In this document: piece by piece, positions 29,433 to 40,650 of the stretch | How positions within the stretch are numbered: the stretch's first letter is position 1 | How the letters are laid out: every line of letters begins with the position of its first letter | IMG/VR virus record: IMGVR_UViG_3300017963_000217 | Location: 1-64,000 of that record | DNA length: 64,000 nt | Source: a virus | Reading direction: 5' to 3' (one strand) | Notes under the pieces: model-generated | Databases searched by the model: none | Told to the model about the DNA's origin: nothing | What the model saw: only the letters and a program-made list of their open reading frames with translations | Translations under genes and position numbers: made by a program

Positions 29433-29969
29433 ATGAAAATGGTAAAGAAGGGGCAAAGAGGTAGACCTAAGAACCCACCTAAATTTAAAGATTTATTAAA
29501 TAAATATATACCAACAGCTGAAATATTTGAAGAGGATGAGTTGAAAATGTTTGAAGGTCTGGTGGGTATATATCTAAAAGACTTTGATGAATCACAGCTT
29601 ACGGCTAACGATATAGATGATATATTTTCTATAGCTATGAATAGAGTATTGGAAATAAGGTTATTAAAGAGTAGTAAAGGGCGTACTGATGAGTTGGTAG
29701 ATGTGTCAGCAGCTATAGAAAAGCTTAGGAAGCAAACGGAGAAATTAAAGGAGAGTTTAGCTGCGAGGAGAAGAGACCGTATAGATCCTAAGAAGTACAG
29801 TGGATTATCTATTGTAGATCTGGCAGTTTCATATGATTTAGATAAAAAAAGAGAGAATATGGAACGTGCTTTGGGGATGAAAAAAGAAGAAGAGGAAGTA
29901 AGTAAGTCCGAGTTGTTAATAGGTAATAGAGATGATGAGGACGCTGGTATTATAGAAACAAGCAGGTAG
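29433..29969 (+). CDS. putative terminase small subunit
   Basis: helical protein immediately upstream of terL. Confidence 0.5.
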   Translation: MKMVKKGQRGRPKNPPKFKDLLNKYIPTAEIFEEDELKMFEGLVGIYLKDFDESQLTANDIDDIFSIAMNRVLEIRLLKSSKGRTDELVDVSAAIEKLRKQTEKLKESLAARRRDRIDPKKYSGLSIVDLAVSYDLDKKRENMERALGMKKEEEEVSKSELLIGNRDDEDAGIIETSR

Positions 29970-29977
29970 GAGATAAC

Positions 29978-32900
29978 TTGGGGATAATTGATATTTATGA
30001 TAACATAGATGTTGTCATGGAACAGGGTACTAATCTGATCGAATACTATAGAAGTGATCCTGTTATGGCAGCGTATGATCTTTTAAAGGTGGATTTAGCG
30101 CCTGTACAGCGTTTGATATTGCGTGATATGTGGTTTAAGAATTTCACCATTACTGTAGCTGGGAGAGGTTGTGGGAAATCGGCGGACATAAATAGTTTGT
30201 CTTTTGTTGATGGTAAAGGGGTGTGTTATTTACGTGAAGAGTTTGATACTATACCTACATTTTTGCGAGATGGAGAAACTTTAGAGATAAACTCCGGCAA
30301 TAGTATATATACTTCTGAGGGGTTTAAACCTATAAAGAGGGTGTCGTTAGAGAAAAGGATTGAGGGTATTAAACTTACTACCAAAATAGGGTTAGAAAAT
30401 AAAGGTAGTAAACATCATCCAGTACTTACTATAAATGAAGGCGGTGATTTTTATTATAAACAACTGCAAGATTTTGAAGTAGGTGATTATGTGTGTATTC
30501 AACGAGGACAAAACACTTTTGGTGAAAATGAAATGCCGATTGACGATGCATATTTAATAGGGTTGTTTATTGGCGACGGTATGATTGTAGACACATATAA
30601 TCATCAAGATATAACTACCTCAGATGATTATATCATAAGTTATTGTGCTGATTATTGTGATAAGTACAACATATCGTATAGAATAGATAAAGATAAAAGA
30701 ACTGATAGTACTGTTAAAATAATATTCAAACAATTCGATTGGTTTTTTGATAAATATAATATAAAGCGGTGCCTTTCATACGATAAAGAAGTACCTTACA
30801 ATATACGTACTTTAAGTGAGAGTACTCAAGTTGAATTTTTACGTGGACTTTTTGATACTGACGGTGGGTTTGAGAGTAATGGTGTAGTTACGCTTTGTTC
30901 TGCGTCGGAAACTCTTATTAAAGAAGTTCAAATGATGTTATTAAATTTTGGAATTATAGGCAGTATTAGAGAGAAGAAAACAAAATCAAAATTTGGCAAA
31001 TCCTTTATACTAAGTATATCTGGCGATGATATTAAACTGTTCAGTGAATTTATAGGGTTTAATTTATATCGCAAGCAGAATTTACTGGATAGATATATAA
31101 AGTCAAATAAATTTAACACTAATAAGAATATTATACCGTTTATTAAAAATACTATAGTAAAGGATTTAGCAAAGAAATATGGTAGTTTTAGTTCTTTTAG
31201 TAGATTGTTTTCAAACACAAGGTATAGGTTTGATGACGGGAATAGAAAGAATTTGTCCTATGACATTTTAAATAAAATAGTTAATGTTGTAGAACTATAC
31301 AGCACAGACCCAGTTATATACAATAAATTGTTGAAAATTAGGAACAGAAATTACTATTTTGATGTAGTAAAGTCCGTAGATAAATGGTCAGGTGATTGTT
31401 ACGACTTCGAAATGGATATGGGTATTGATGTCGAACCTAATTATTTTTGTAATGGATTTATAAACCACAATACATTTCTCCTTGGAGTTAATGCTGTATT
31501 ACATGCACTGTTATATCCTGGATATAGGGTAGGTTTGATGGGCCCTGGTTTTAGGCAGAGCCTTGTATTATCAGACTCTTACACTACATTTTGGACGGAT
31601 GACGGTCTCAAATCTTCGCCGATAGAATTCTATAATTCAATAAAAGAAGGCGAAACGCTAGTACAATCCGATGTATCACAAAATCGCATTATTAGTAAGT
31701 GGAAAAATCCTGACAGGGCTTGTAGATATATTAAAACTAATAAAGGGTTTGAGTTGGCTGGTACAGTAGATCATGCCATAAAGGTACTAGATGGTGATAA
31801 TAATATAATATTTAAGGATTTACAAGACATAACTGAAAATGATTACATAGTAATTAGACATGGTTTCAATTATTTTGGCAATAATAATTCTTTGCCTAAA
31901 TTTGATTTTGATCTGAATTGGCGTACAAAGAATTGTAGAATACCCACTGAACTAACACCTGATCTATCATATTGGATGGGATTGTTGGTGGGGGATGGAT
32001 GTATTTCTATAAGCGCCACTAAAAGAAAGCAGCGTGTGAATTTTACTAATGAAGATATGGAGTTGTTAAAAAGTTTTGAGAATCTTTTAGTGGAATATTT
32101 TGTTGATGATGTTGATAATATAGATGTTAGAGACAGAAAACATAATAAAGGTTTTGATATAACTTATTTTAGTAAAAAACTAGTTCAGTTCTTATTGACT
32201 TGTGGTTTTACTAATACTACTGCTTTAGATAAAAAAGTTCCATACGTAATAAAGCGGGCTAATAGAGATAATATATGTTCTTTTTTATCTGGGCTTTTTG
32301 ATACGGATGGTCATTGTTACATACAGGATTATGATCACTATAATTCTTGTGAAGTTTCTTTAAATACCAGCTCCAGACAACTTGCTAATGAAGTACAATC
32401 AATTTTGTTGAATATAGGTATAGTTTCTTATGTCGGTATTAGTAAAAAAGCTGGCAAAAGAAAGCTTAATGGTAGAACCATACACTCTACATGTGCAACT
32501 GCGTATAAAGTTAGGATTACCGGTGTCCATAATATAATAAAGTTCAGAGATAATGTTGATTTTAGATGCGAACATAAATCTAATAAACTAAATTATTTTA
32601 TATCAAATTTAAAGAATAGACGTAGGAGTACCAGTATCTGTGTTGAATTGGGAGTAACAAAAGATATAATAGACCGTGATCCTGATAAATTTTTGAGTTA
32701 CAGAAAGTCAGGGTTGTATTTTGTAAGAATGAAGGAGTCGGATTATTTCTTTGCTCCTACGATAGATGCCGAAGTGGAAAACGAACATTGTTATTTTGCC
32801 GGTGGGTTTATAAACCACAATTCAAAATTTATTTTTAATGAAGTAGAAAAGATATATCAGAGGTCACATATAGTAAGAGAAGCTTGTGTAAAAAGACCTA

Positions 32901-34276
32901 CTAGAGGTGCAGACACCTATTCTTTGGAATTCCGTGGTACTGATAGATCGAACGGAAGTTATATAGCTGCTTTACCGGTTGGTGTTGATGGTTCTAAAAT
33001 TAGGGGGTCTCGATTTTATTTAATAGAAATAGACGAGTTAGCTCAGATGCAACCAGAAATTATTGATATGGTAATTAGACCTATGGCGGCTGTTTCTTCA
33101 GAGCCCATGCAGAGAGTTAGAGAGCGTGAACGGCAAAAGGAACTAATAAAACGAGGATTAGCATCTGAAGAGGATTTTGAAGGCGAAGCTGCTAATAAAA
33201 TGATTATGGCTTCATCTGGATATTTTAAATTCAATCATATGTGGGACAGGATGAGGGCGTATTGGAAGGCCATGAAAGATCCTAAGATTGCGGATAGATA
33301 CGCCGTACACCAAGTACCATATCAACTTATGCCAGAAGCCTTTCTTGATATGGAAAATATTAATTCTTCTAAATTACAAATGTCCACTATAGAGTTTAGG
33401 ATGGAGTATGAAGCCGCTATGGTATCTGATAGTGATGGGTTCTTTAAGGCTTCCATGCTTGATGCTTGCACCATCGGTAGTGATTTTAGTTTACGAATAG
33501 TGGGCGAGCCTGGTAAAGAATATGTAATGGGGGTTGATCCCAATCAAGGTGGGTCTGCCGCTTGTGGTGTTGTGGTTATAGAAGTGGGCGATCCTCATAA
33601 GTTAGTCTATATAAATGAGATTAAGGGCAAAACTACTCAAAAAATGACTGCGGCAATACAAGAGTTATGTGAAAATTTTAATATCGTTAAGATATTTATG
33701 GATTCTCAGGGGGGAGGAAAGCCTATAAAAGATTTACTACAGGAGGGTTATGGTAATAAAACCCCCATACTTGACATAGACGATGATTTAACTAGAAGCC
33801 ATTCGGGAAAACGTATATTGAAGATGGTTAATCCAAGTGTACAATGGATAAATGATGCTAATTTTGATACACTAGCTCTTATAGAGCATAAAGAAATCCG
33901 TTTTCCTGTAATGCCTAAGTCAGAAAAAACTGATAAAGCAGAGGATAAGACTGACGCGATATCTGAAAAATTATATGAGAAAGTAAAAGTACTTAAATCT
34001 CAAATGTTGAATATAGTTGTTACTCAAACAGCTAGAGGATCTAGGCATTTTGATACGCCTACTAAAGGACAAAACAAAGACCTTTATTCAGCTCTAATAC
34101 TTGCATGTTGGGGTGTTCGCGAGATGGATAGACAATCTATGGAGCGCGTACAAAAACTACATGCACAAGGGTTAGTGAGACCTCACAGTAAAGGATCTCA
34201 ATTTGCGCAGGCTGTGAACGCTGGCCCAGGTGAATCGTGGATGGAAAATGCTATTCCAAAGAAAAGAATAAAGTAA
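29978..34276 (+). CDS. terL: terminase large subunit containing two inteins (mature about 580 aa)
   Basis: GRGCGK|T Walker A, IRG.R...IEIDE Walker B, MGVDP nuclease Asp, KDLYSAL. Confidence 0.92.
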   Translation: MGIIDIYDNIDVVMEQGTNLIEYYRSDPVMAAYDLLKVDLAPVQRLILRDMWFKNFTITVAGRGCGKSADINSLSFVDGKGVCYLREEFDTIPTFLRDGETLEINSGNSIYTSEGFKPIKRVSLEKRIEGIKLTTKIGLENKGSKHHPVLTINEGGDFYYKQLQDFEVGDYVCIQRGQNTFGENEMPIDDAYLIGLFIGDGMIVDTYNHQDITTSDDYIISYCADYCDKYNISYRIDKDKRTDSTVKIIFKQFDWFFDKYNIKRCLSYDKEVPYNIRTLSESTQVEFLRGLFDTDGGFESNGVVTLCSASETLIKEVQMMLLNFGIIGSIREKKTKSKFGKSFILSISGDDIKLFSEFIGFNLYRKQNLLDRYIKSNKFNTNKNIIPFIKNTIVKDLAKKYGSFSSFSRLFSNTRYRFDDGNRKNLSYDILNKIVNVVELYSTDPVIYNKLLKIRNRNYYFDVVKSVDKWSGDCYDFEMDMGIDVEPNYFCNGFINHNTFLLGVNAVLHALLYPGYRVGLMGPGFRQSLVLSDSYTTFWTDDGLKSSPIEFYNSIKEGETLVQSDVSQNRIISKWKNPDRACRYIKTNKGFELAGTVDHAIKVLDGDNNIIFKDLQDITENDYIVIRHGFNYFGNNNSLPKFDFDLNWRTKNCRIPTELTPDLSYWMGLLVGDGCISISATKRKQRVNFTNEDMELLKSFENLLVEYFVDDVDNIDVRDRKHNKGFDITYFSKKLVQFLLTCGFTNTTALDKKVPYVIKRANRDNICSFLSGLFDTDGHCYIQDYDHYNSCEVSLNTSSRQLANEVQSILLNIGIVSYVGISKKAGKRKLNGRTIHSTCATAYKVRITGVHNIIKFRDNVDFRCEHKSNKLNYFISNLKNRRRSTSICVELGVTKDIIDRDPDKFLSYRKSGLYFVRMKESDYFFAPTIDAEVENEHCYFAGGFINHNSKFIFNEVEKIYQRSHIVREACVKRPTRGADTYSLEFRGTDRSNGSYIAALPVGVDGSKIRGSRFYLIEIDELAQMQPEIIDMVIRPMAAVSSEPMQRVRERERQKELIKRGLASEEDFEGEAANKMIMASSGYFKFNHMWDRMRAYWKAMKDPKIADRYAVHQVPYQLMPEAFLDMENINSSKLQMSTIEFRMEYEAAMVSDSDGFFKASMLDACTIGSDFSLRIVGEPGKEYVMGVDPNQGGSAACGVVVIEVGDPHKLVYINEIKGKTTQKMTAAIQELCENFNIVKIFMDSQGGGKPIKDLLQEGYGNKTPILDIDDDLTRSHSGKRILKMVNPSVQWINDANFDTLALIEHKEIRFPVMPKSEKTDKAEDKTDAISEKLYEKVKVLKSQMLNIVVTQTARGSRHFDTPTKGQNKDLYSALILACWGVREMDRQSMERVQKLHAQGLVRPHSKGSQFAQAVNAGPGESWMENAIPKKRIK
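30179..31471 (+). mobile_element. intein 1 (431 aa, LAGLIDADG) in Walker A of terL
   Basis: starts Ser after GCGK; LIGLFIGDG, FLRGLFDTDG; ends FINHN followed by Thr. Confidence 0.9.
31559..32821 (+). mobile_element. intein 2 (421 aa, LAGLIDADG) in terL
   Basis: starts Ser after GPGFRQ; block B GTVDH; MGLLVGDG, FLSGLFDTDG; ends FINHN followed by Ser. Confidence 0.9.
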
Positions 34277-34285
34277 GGAAATATA

Positions 34286-34690
34286 ATGGTAGAAGAAAAT
34301 AAAAATAAATTAGAGGAATACAAAAAAGACGATGTTACCGTTAAAGACATGGTTACTCGCATTCACGACAAGATAGACGAATTCAAAGATGATATAGACG
34401 AAGAATTTGAAAAAGAATTAGAAAGGCAATTAAAAGCCAAACGCAATGGTTATTTTATAGTTCCAAATAAATTTTGGGACGCTTGGTTCCAAAAGATATT
34501 TGCCCAGATAATTTCGATTAAGGTATGGGTATTGGCACTTATTACTGTACTATTAGTTAAAAGTTTTATAAGTAGTACTGAGTTTGCCGCACTATTTGGT
34601 ATTATTATGGGCCTGAAAGGAATTTTTCAAACAGCTGCCGTCTGGAAAAAGAATGGTAACGGTGATTTAAACGCGGTAGATAAGACATAA
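34286..34690 (+). CDS. membrane protein (possible holin)
   Basis: two C-terminal hydrophobic helices. Confidence 0.45.
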   Translation: MVEENKNKLEEYKKDDVTVKDMVTRIHDKIDEFKDDIDEEFEKELERQLKAKRNGYFIVPNKFWDAWFQKIFAQIISIKVWVLALITVLLVKSFISSTEFAALFGIIMGLKGIFQTAAVWKKNGNGDLNAVDKT

Positions 34691-34703
34691 GGAGTATATT
34701 TAA

Positions 34704-36662
34704 ATGGAACAGCGACGATTAGAAAAGATTACAGCGGATCTCAAAGAAAAATATCCCGAGGCTGGGATAAGAAAGATAGAGGTGGATGAATCATCTGGAA
34801 AATCTACTTTCTTTTTGAGGCCCTCTCAAAAAGCGCTAGCAACTTTACCCCCAGAGTTAGCGATGAGACTGCGAATGTCAGAATCTGAAAAAGCATCCGT
34901 GCTTAGGAGAGACTGGCTTACTAGGTCGGATTTAGATCTGTCTATAGCTGAGTCACCTTCTACGCAAGACCCAAAAGAATCTTACAAGAGGTCTATGAGA
35001 TATTATTATGATTTTGATATGTATGGAACTCATATAGACATCCTTACTAATTTTGCTGCTAAGGGTTTTGAAAATGATATAGATGATAAAAAAATAAAAC
35101 AATTTTATGATGTGTGGAACTTTGATGTAAATTTTAAACAAGTACTTGATTGGATATTTTTTGATTTCTTTAGAGTTGGTATGGTGCGTACGTATAAGAT
35201 TATAGGCAAATATAATCCTGGGGTTAGTTACTTATCACCGATACCTGGAATGAAACAAGCTAGAGGGGATCTTAAAGAAATCGTAGAAAGAGCTGAAAGA
35301 ATACACCAAAAGAGATTAGAGAGATTAGATGAGAAATTAAAAGATCTAGATGGTCGTAGAAAGGATGAAAAAGATTTAAAAAGAGAGCTATCAGCTAGAA
35401 AGAAAATATGGTCAAAGGGGTTTATGCCTATAGCGTATACCGTGCTAAATCCAACACTAGTTGATATAGAAGGTAGTTTATTATTTAATAATACTAAAGT
35501 AACGCTTAAACCTTCAGAGGAATTGGTTAAATTAACAAAAAAGGCGCCTACTGAACTTACTGATGACGAAAAGACTTTAATTAAATTGTTACCCAGTGAT
35601 TTCAAAGAGAAAGTTAAATCTGGCAAAGGCATAGAACTCGACCCCATGTATGTAGGCGAGGTAGATTATAGAAAACAGCCTTATGAAAGATATGCTAGAC
35701 CTAGAGGCATAAAAGTTTTTGATGCTTTGGAATACAAAAAATCCTTGCGCCAGGCGGACCTTAGTACTTTGGACGGCATCACTAATTACATATTAAAAGT
35801 AACTATAGGTAATGATGAATATCCCGTTACTAGTCAGTCAGAATTGCAGACTATAGCGTCTTTATTTAATTCTACTACTTCTAAATCATTTGATGTAGTA
35901 TGGAATCATACACTACAAATAGAAAAAATAGTAGCGCCCGAAATTGAAGCCGTGCTTGGGCAAGATAAATATAAGCAGGTTAATGAAGATATAACCGGTG
36001 GTTTAGCCATGTCTAGAGGTTTTATAGATGGCGTGACCAACCTTAATACCGGAGAGGCAAATCTTGTAACCAAAACTGTTCTAGAAGAGATTAATTATGC
36101 TAGGCGGCAAGTAGAACGTTGGATATATAATGAATACAGACAGATAGCGGAGGCAATGGGTTTTGACAGGTTTCCTAGAGTTAGATGGGATAACACTATA
36201 TTAAGAGACATTATATTGTATATGAGTACTATTTCAGCCCTTGTAGACCGCAGAATGCTCTCATATGAGACTGCTCTTGAGCAGCTAGGCTTTGATTATG
36301 AAAATGAATTTGGTAATATGAAAAATGAATTACCGTCTGTTTTGGAGGGTATTTTGGGCATTGTTGGAAGCCCTTTTCAACAAAAAGGATCTGGGATTCA
36401 AAATGTTCAGAGAGCCCCTATTGGAACACCATCTAATGGCAGACCAAGGGGACAAGTACCAAAAACTAAACAACCAAGTACTAAGCCACAAACAAAAACT
36501 AAAGTACCTAATCAGGCGCCGAGTCAACAACCAGGTCCGAGCCCGGCAGCTGCATCTACCGATATTAGGTATGTTATGCAATATGCTGCCGAAGTAATGG
36601 ATAATGATCAGTTTTTGGAGTTTTTGCAAGGATTTATAGAATCATATAGAACCACTGAGTAA
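34704..36662 (+). CDS. portal protein
   Basis: 652 aa, synteny after terL; KQPYERYA.P, Pro/Gln-rich tail with GRP. Confidence 0.75.
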   Translation: MEQRRLEKITADLKEKYPEAGIRKIEVDESSGKSTFFLRPSQKALATLPPELAMRLRMSESEKASVLRRDWLTRSDLDLSIAESPSTQDPKESYKRSMRYYYDFDMYGTHIDILTNFAAKGFENDIDDKKIKQFYDVWNFDVNFKQVLDWIFFDFFRVGMVRTYKIIGKYNPGVSYLSPIPGMKQARGDLKEIVERAERIHQKRLERLDEKLKDLDGRRKDEKDLKRELSARKKIWSKGFMPIAYTVLNPTLVDIEGSLLFNNTKVTLKPSEELVKLTKKAPTELTDDEKTLIKLLPSDFKEKVKSGKGIELDPMYVGEVDYRKQPYERYARPRGIKVFDALEYKKSLRQADLSTLDGITNYILKVTIGNDEYPVTSQSELQTIASLFNSTTSKSFDVVWNHTLQIEKIVAPEIEAVLGQDKYKQVNEDITGGLAMSRGFIDGVTNLNTGEANLVTKTVLEEINYARRQVERWIYNEYRQIAEAMGFDRFPRVRWDNTILRDIILYMSTISALVDRRMLSYETALEQLGFDYENEFGNMKNELPSVLEGILGIVGSPFQQKGSGIQNVQRAPIGTPSNGRPRGQVPKTKQPSTKPQTKTKVPNQAPSQQPGPSPAAASTDIRYVMQYAAEVMDNDQFLEFLQGFIESYRTTE

Positions 36663-36666
36663 TACT

Positions 36667-37407
36667 ATGGAATGTTTTGGAATAATTTATAAATCTACTA
36701 ATAAAATAAATAATAAGTCTTATGTTGGCCAGACAATATGTGCATTTAATGTTAGAAAATTACAACATATTAATGATTCAGCGGCTAATAGGGATAACAT
36801 TTATTTTCATAATGCAATTAGAAAATATGGGCCTACTAATTTTGAATGGGAAATACTTAAACGTTGTTATTCTAGAGAAGAATTAGATGCTGAGGAAAAA
36901 AGATTTATAATAAAATATAAAACTTTAGAAAATGGATATAATCTAACCACTGGTGGTGCTGGAATGAGTAATTATTCAGTTACGGAAGAGCATAGACGTA
37001 ATTTGTCCGTATCACATAAAGGTTATAAACATACGGAAGAACAAAAGAAGAAAATTTCTAAAGCATTAAGAAATAGATATTGCTCAGAGGAAACAAGAAA
37101 AAAATTATCGATATCTAAGATGGGCAGTAATAATCCCATGTGTGGCAAATTTGGAAATACAAATCCCTTTTATAAAGGAAAGTTTTCGACAGAAGTTATA
37201 GAAAAAATAAGAGATTCTAATAGTTTGTATTGGGAAGTGACTTTTCCAAACGGTGATAAACAAATAATAAAAAATTTAAGTAGATTTTGTAGGGAACATA
37301 ATTTAAGTAAAGGAGTTATGGGTCTTGTTTCAAAAGGATGTAGGGCACACCATAAATTATATAGATGTAAAAAATTAGGTAAGAATTTACCGAATGTAAA
37401 TTTATAG
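36667..37407 (+). mobile_element. GIY-YIG homing endonuclease with NUMOD3 repeats
   Basis: GIIYK.TN.IN.K.YVGQT, AIRKYG..NF, NGYNLT.GG. Confidence 0.9.
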
Positions 37408-37490
37408 TGAGGGCAGATAGTTATAATAAACTAACCGCTCTTATTATAGAGGGCTTTATATTTTTGTTTGGGAAGGGGAGGTATATAGTA

Positions 37491-38609
37491 GTGGAACATG
37501 AATATAAATTTGATCCTGTAACTATAGAGGCGCAGATAGAACTTTTTGAAGGCACTGATGCTCTTAAAAAAGAGGTTGCCTCTATTGTAAATTTTCCTGA
37601 GAATAAGACACCAGATGTGTTGTTTTTTTCGGGTATTTTTGTGTCATCTGGGGCCAACCTAAATGATGCTTTTTTTATGCCCACCGAAATGGTTAAGGCA
37701 TATAATACAATAGATAACAAAGCATTGGATATAGAGCATGAAGAGACGGAGATAGTAGGGCATATATATTCCAGTGCTTTTATTGATAGATCTGGAAATA
37801 AGCTTAGTATAGAAAAATTAAAAGATATGAGTCCGGCAGAACTTGACAGAATGGATTTGGATGTGATGATTGCTGGTATTATATATAAGAGCAGGTTTCC
37901 AGAGCTGGCAGAAGAAGTAAAAAACAATAAATGGAAACTATCTATGGAAACATATTTTTCAAATTATGACGTAAAAGTGGGTAATCTGATATTATCACGA
38001 CAGGAAGCTGAAGCAATGGGATTGGCTTCAGATGATGTGTTAGGACGAGTAGCAAAGATTCTTAAAAAGGGAAAGGAAATAGCAAAGGGACAGGTAACTA
38101 GAGTATTAAGAAACCTGTTGTTTTCAGGATGTGGGCTTGTAAAAAATCCTGCCAACCCCAGATCCTTGATATTGGAAACAGCCAAAAAGAAGGGGGAAGA
38201 GGTTATGGTTGTAGAACTTGAACCTATAGAAACCGAATTAAAAGATAAGGACAAGGAAGATGCCGAAGCTATTGTGACGTCACCAGCAGCTACGGCCCCG
38301 AGCCCTGACGCATACGATGTTCGTACACAAACATCTCCTGGAATTTGTGTAAATTATAAAAGAAGAGTTATTGATGCTACGTTCGAAGGACCGGATGCAA
38401 AGGTTTTACATGAGGACTGGTGTACTCTTTACGATATGGCGTGCACGTCACCGTCAAGAGGAGCAGATCATCCCGAATGTATCAGGCAGGTAGTTGTATC
38501 CAAGACTGGATCGTACACTAAGTATAAACTATCAGATTTAGAGGCCATGGATAGACGAGGCAATCTATTGGCTACTCTGATAGAAGTTTTGAATAAATCG
38601 AGGAGGTAA
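37491..38609 (+). CDS. putative prohead protease
   Basis: N.NDAFF, LDIEH...IVGH, LSME, FSGCGLV.NPANP; GTG start after SD GGAGG. Confidence 0.7.
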   Translation: MEHEYKFDPVTIEAQIELFEGTDALKKEVASIVNFPENKTPDVLFFSGIFVSSGANLNDAFFMPTEMVKAYNTIDNKALDIEHEETEIVGHIYSSAFIDRSGNKLSIEKLKDMSPAELDRMDLDVMIAGIIYKSRFPELAEEVKNNKWKLSMETYFSNYDVKVGNLILSRQEAEAMGLASDDVLGRVAKILKKGKEIAKGQVTRVLRNLLFSGCGLVKNPANPRSLILETAKKKGEEVMVVELEPIETELKDKDKEDAEAIVTSPAATAPSPDAYDVRTQTSPGICVNYKRRVIDATFEGPDAKVLHEDWCTLYDMACTSPSRGADHPECIRQVVVSKTGSYTKYKLSDLEAMDRRGNLLATLIEVLNKSRR

Positions 38610-38615
38610 TCGCTC

Positions 38616-39032
38616 ATGCCACAAGCACAAACTGGAAAAACTAAGAGTGTACCCAAGGTAGTTAGGGTGAATGCTTCAGATGGTGAAGCTGTTCTGTTCA
38701 GAAATCTTGGGAATGGACGTAGACTCCCATTTATTTGGGCAGATACGTTTACATTGGCATCCGGTACCACAGAAACAGTGGTATCCAGCGGTGTTTCGTT
38801 TCATGACTATGATGTATCGGGTGGCATCATTACTTTTAGTCCTATGTCATCCGGTGGCGCTGCTCTGACCACTTACATTGATAAGAATACTACAACTAAT
38901 GTAGTAAAATTAGTGGCTACTAGCGCGCCCAGTGAAGATTGTGATTTTGACATTATGTTCATGTTGGGTGTTGGGTATAACTTTGACAGTACACACACCA
39001 ATCAAATTTGGCGTAGATATTATAGTAATTAA
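38616..39032 (+). CDS. putative virion structural protein
   Basis: beta-rich, within head module. Confidence 0.45.
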   Translation: MPQAQTGKTKSVPKVVRVNASDGEAVLFRNLGNGRRLPFIWADTFTLASGTTETVVSSGVSFHDYDVSGGIITFSPMSSGGAALTTYIDKNTTTNVVKLVATSAPSEDCDFDIMFMLGVGYNFDSTHTNQIWRRYYSN

Positions 39033-39130
39033 TTTTTACGTAGGAATTGGGACGAGGAAATGGTTGATTTAAAGTTTTAAACGAGGTTGGTTTGCTGATT
39101 AACTTAAACTAAGTTTAGGAGGGTTTTTTC

Positions 39131-39973
39131 ATGACCGACAAATTAACTCAAGATGTACATGCTATAGTCGATAGCATCTTTAAGCAGAAAGAAGAAGACG
39201 CTATGAGAAAAGAAACAGAAGAAGCTCTCAATAAGTCTGCTGAAATAATTAATAAGCTTGATGAGTCCTTAGAGGCAAAGGGCCAAGAGCTTTCTAATTT
39301 AGAGGCTAAGAATGGGGAGTTGGAATTTACTATTTCTGAGCTTTCTGCTAAAACCAAAGAGCTAGAAGAGAATCTTGAGAACGCAAAGTCTGACTTTGAG
39401 GCCAAGGAAAAAGAGCTTACTGAGCAATTAGAGGCGGCTCAGTCCGAGCTAGAAGAAATTAAAAAGCAGCAACTTGCGAAAGCAAGATTTGATGAACTTG
39501 CTAGTGATGGTGTGGCTGCTATTAATGAGCAGGCCATTGAGGATCAGATGAACAAGATTCGAGATATGAGTGATGAAGAATTTGAATTGTATAAAACTGA
39601 TAGGCTTGAACTTCGTAAGTCTATCATAGCTGAGCTAGAGTCGTCATCCAGTACTGATACAGAGGAGAACGAAAATAGCGAGTCAGAAGTTGCCACAGAG
39701 GAAGAAACTAATGAAGAAGAATCTGCTTCCGAAGAAGAAACTTCAGAGGAAGAGACCGCTGAAGAAGAAACTTCAGAAGAAGCTTCAGAAGAGGACACCG
39801 AAGTGGAGTTAGAAGATGAGGAGGAGGCTGCTGCCGAATCTGAAGATTCGATTGATCCGATGAAAGCTGTTTCAGCTATGCTAAATCTAGAAGCTGATAT
39901 TAGTTCTAATATTCTCAGTAAATACAAAGATTTAGGTAAAGCTTTGGCTGAGAATGTTAAGAATAGGAAGTAA
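39131..39973 (+). CDS. capsid scaffolding protein
   Basis: coiled-coil with very acidic linker, between protease and capsid genes. Confidence 0.65.
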   Translation: MTDKLTQDVHAIVDSIFKQKEEDAMRKETEEALNKSAEIINKLDESLEAKGQELSNLEAKNGELEFTISELSAKTKELEENLENAKSDFEAKEKELTEQLEAAQSELEEIKKQQLAKARFDELASDGVAAINEQAIEDQMNKIRDMSDEEFELYKTDRLELRKSIIAELESSSSTDTEENENSESEVATEEETNEEESASEEETSEEETAEEETSEEASEEDTEVELEDEEEAAAESEDSIDPMKAVSAMLNLEADISSNILSKYKDLGKALAENVKNRK

Positions 39974-40007
39974 GTAATCGTAAAATTTTGCAAGGAGGAA
40001 AGTTATT

Positions 40008-40577
40008 ATGTTTATTCCGAGACATCCCGTAGTAGAGAATCAATTCTGCCAGTTCTATGGCCAGACCACGGTTTCTGGTGGAGCAGGTGATGTTTTAGCA
40101 TACGCAGGTTCCGTTTGCTATTTGGATGATAGCCAGACAGATGCCACAGTTAAAATTTATGTTGCTGATGAGAATAAGTACCCATTTGGGTTTTTGATGC
40201 AGAAGGTTAAAACTGGATATCATTCAATTCATCCGGCTGGGTTTATGATGCCTGGTGATCTCGGATCTTCCGATGTTATCGCACAGCCTAGCTACAACTC
40301 AAATGGACAGATTAACGGAAGTAAACCTGCGCCTGTTGGCGTTGCTCATCTTGGTATATGGGATACTATCCATTACTATGATACTTCAGCTATTAACGCT
40401 GGTGCAAGAATGCAGGTCCGTAAGAACAGTATGTCAGAACTTACTGATCTGGGCGCTGCTACTTATACCAATGCAACTGTAGTAGCTGTTGTTCTCAAGG
40501 GCGCAAGCGCTGCACAGGTTACTGCTAATGTTAATAACACCACACTTTATCCTATTAGGGTAAAGCTTTTAGTATAA
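40008..40577 (+). CDS. head decoration/cement protein
   Basis: 189 aa directly upstream of the major capsid gene. Confidence 0.55.
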   Translation: MFIPRHPVVENQFCQFYGQTTVSGGAGDVLAYAGSVCYLDDSQTDATVKIYVADENKYPFGFLMQKVKTGYHSIHPAGFMMPGDLGSSDVIAQPSYNSNGQINGSKPAPVGVAHLGIWDTIHYYDTSAINAGARMQVRKNSMSELTDLGAATYTNATVVAVVLKGASAAQVTANVNNTTLYPIRVKLLV

Positions 40578-40650
40578 TATTTATATTTAATTATTGGATC
40601 AAAAGCACGTTTAGTGCATCCAAAATTACTTGACGGAGGCGAGTTAAGTT

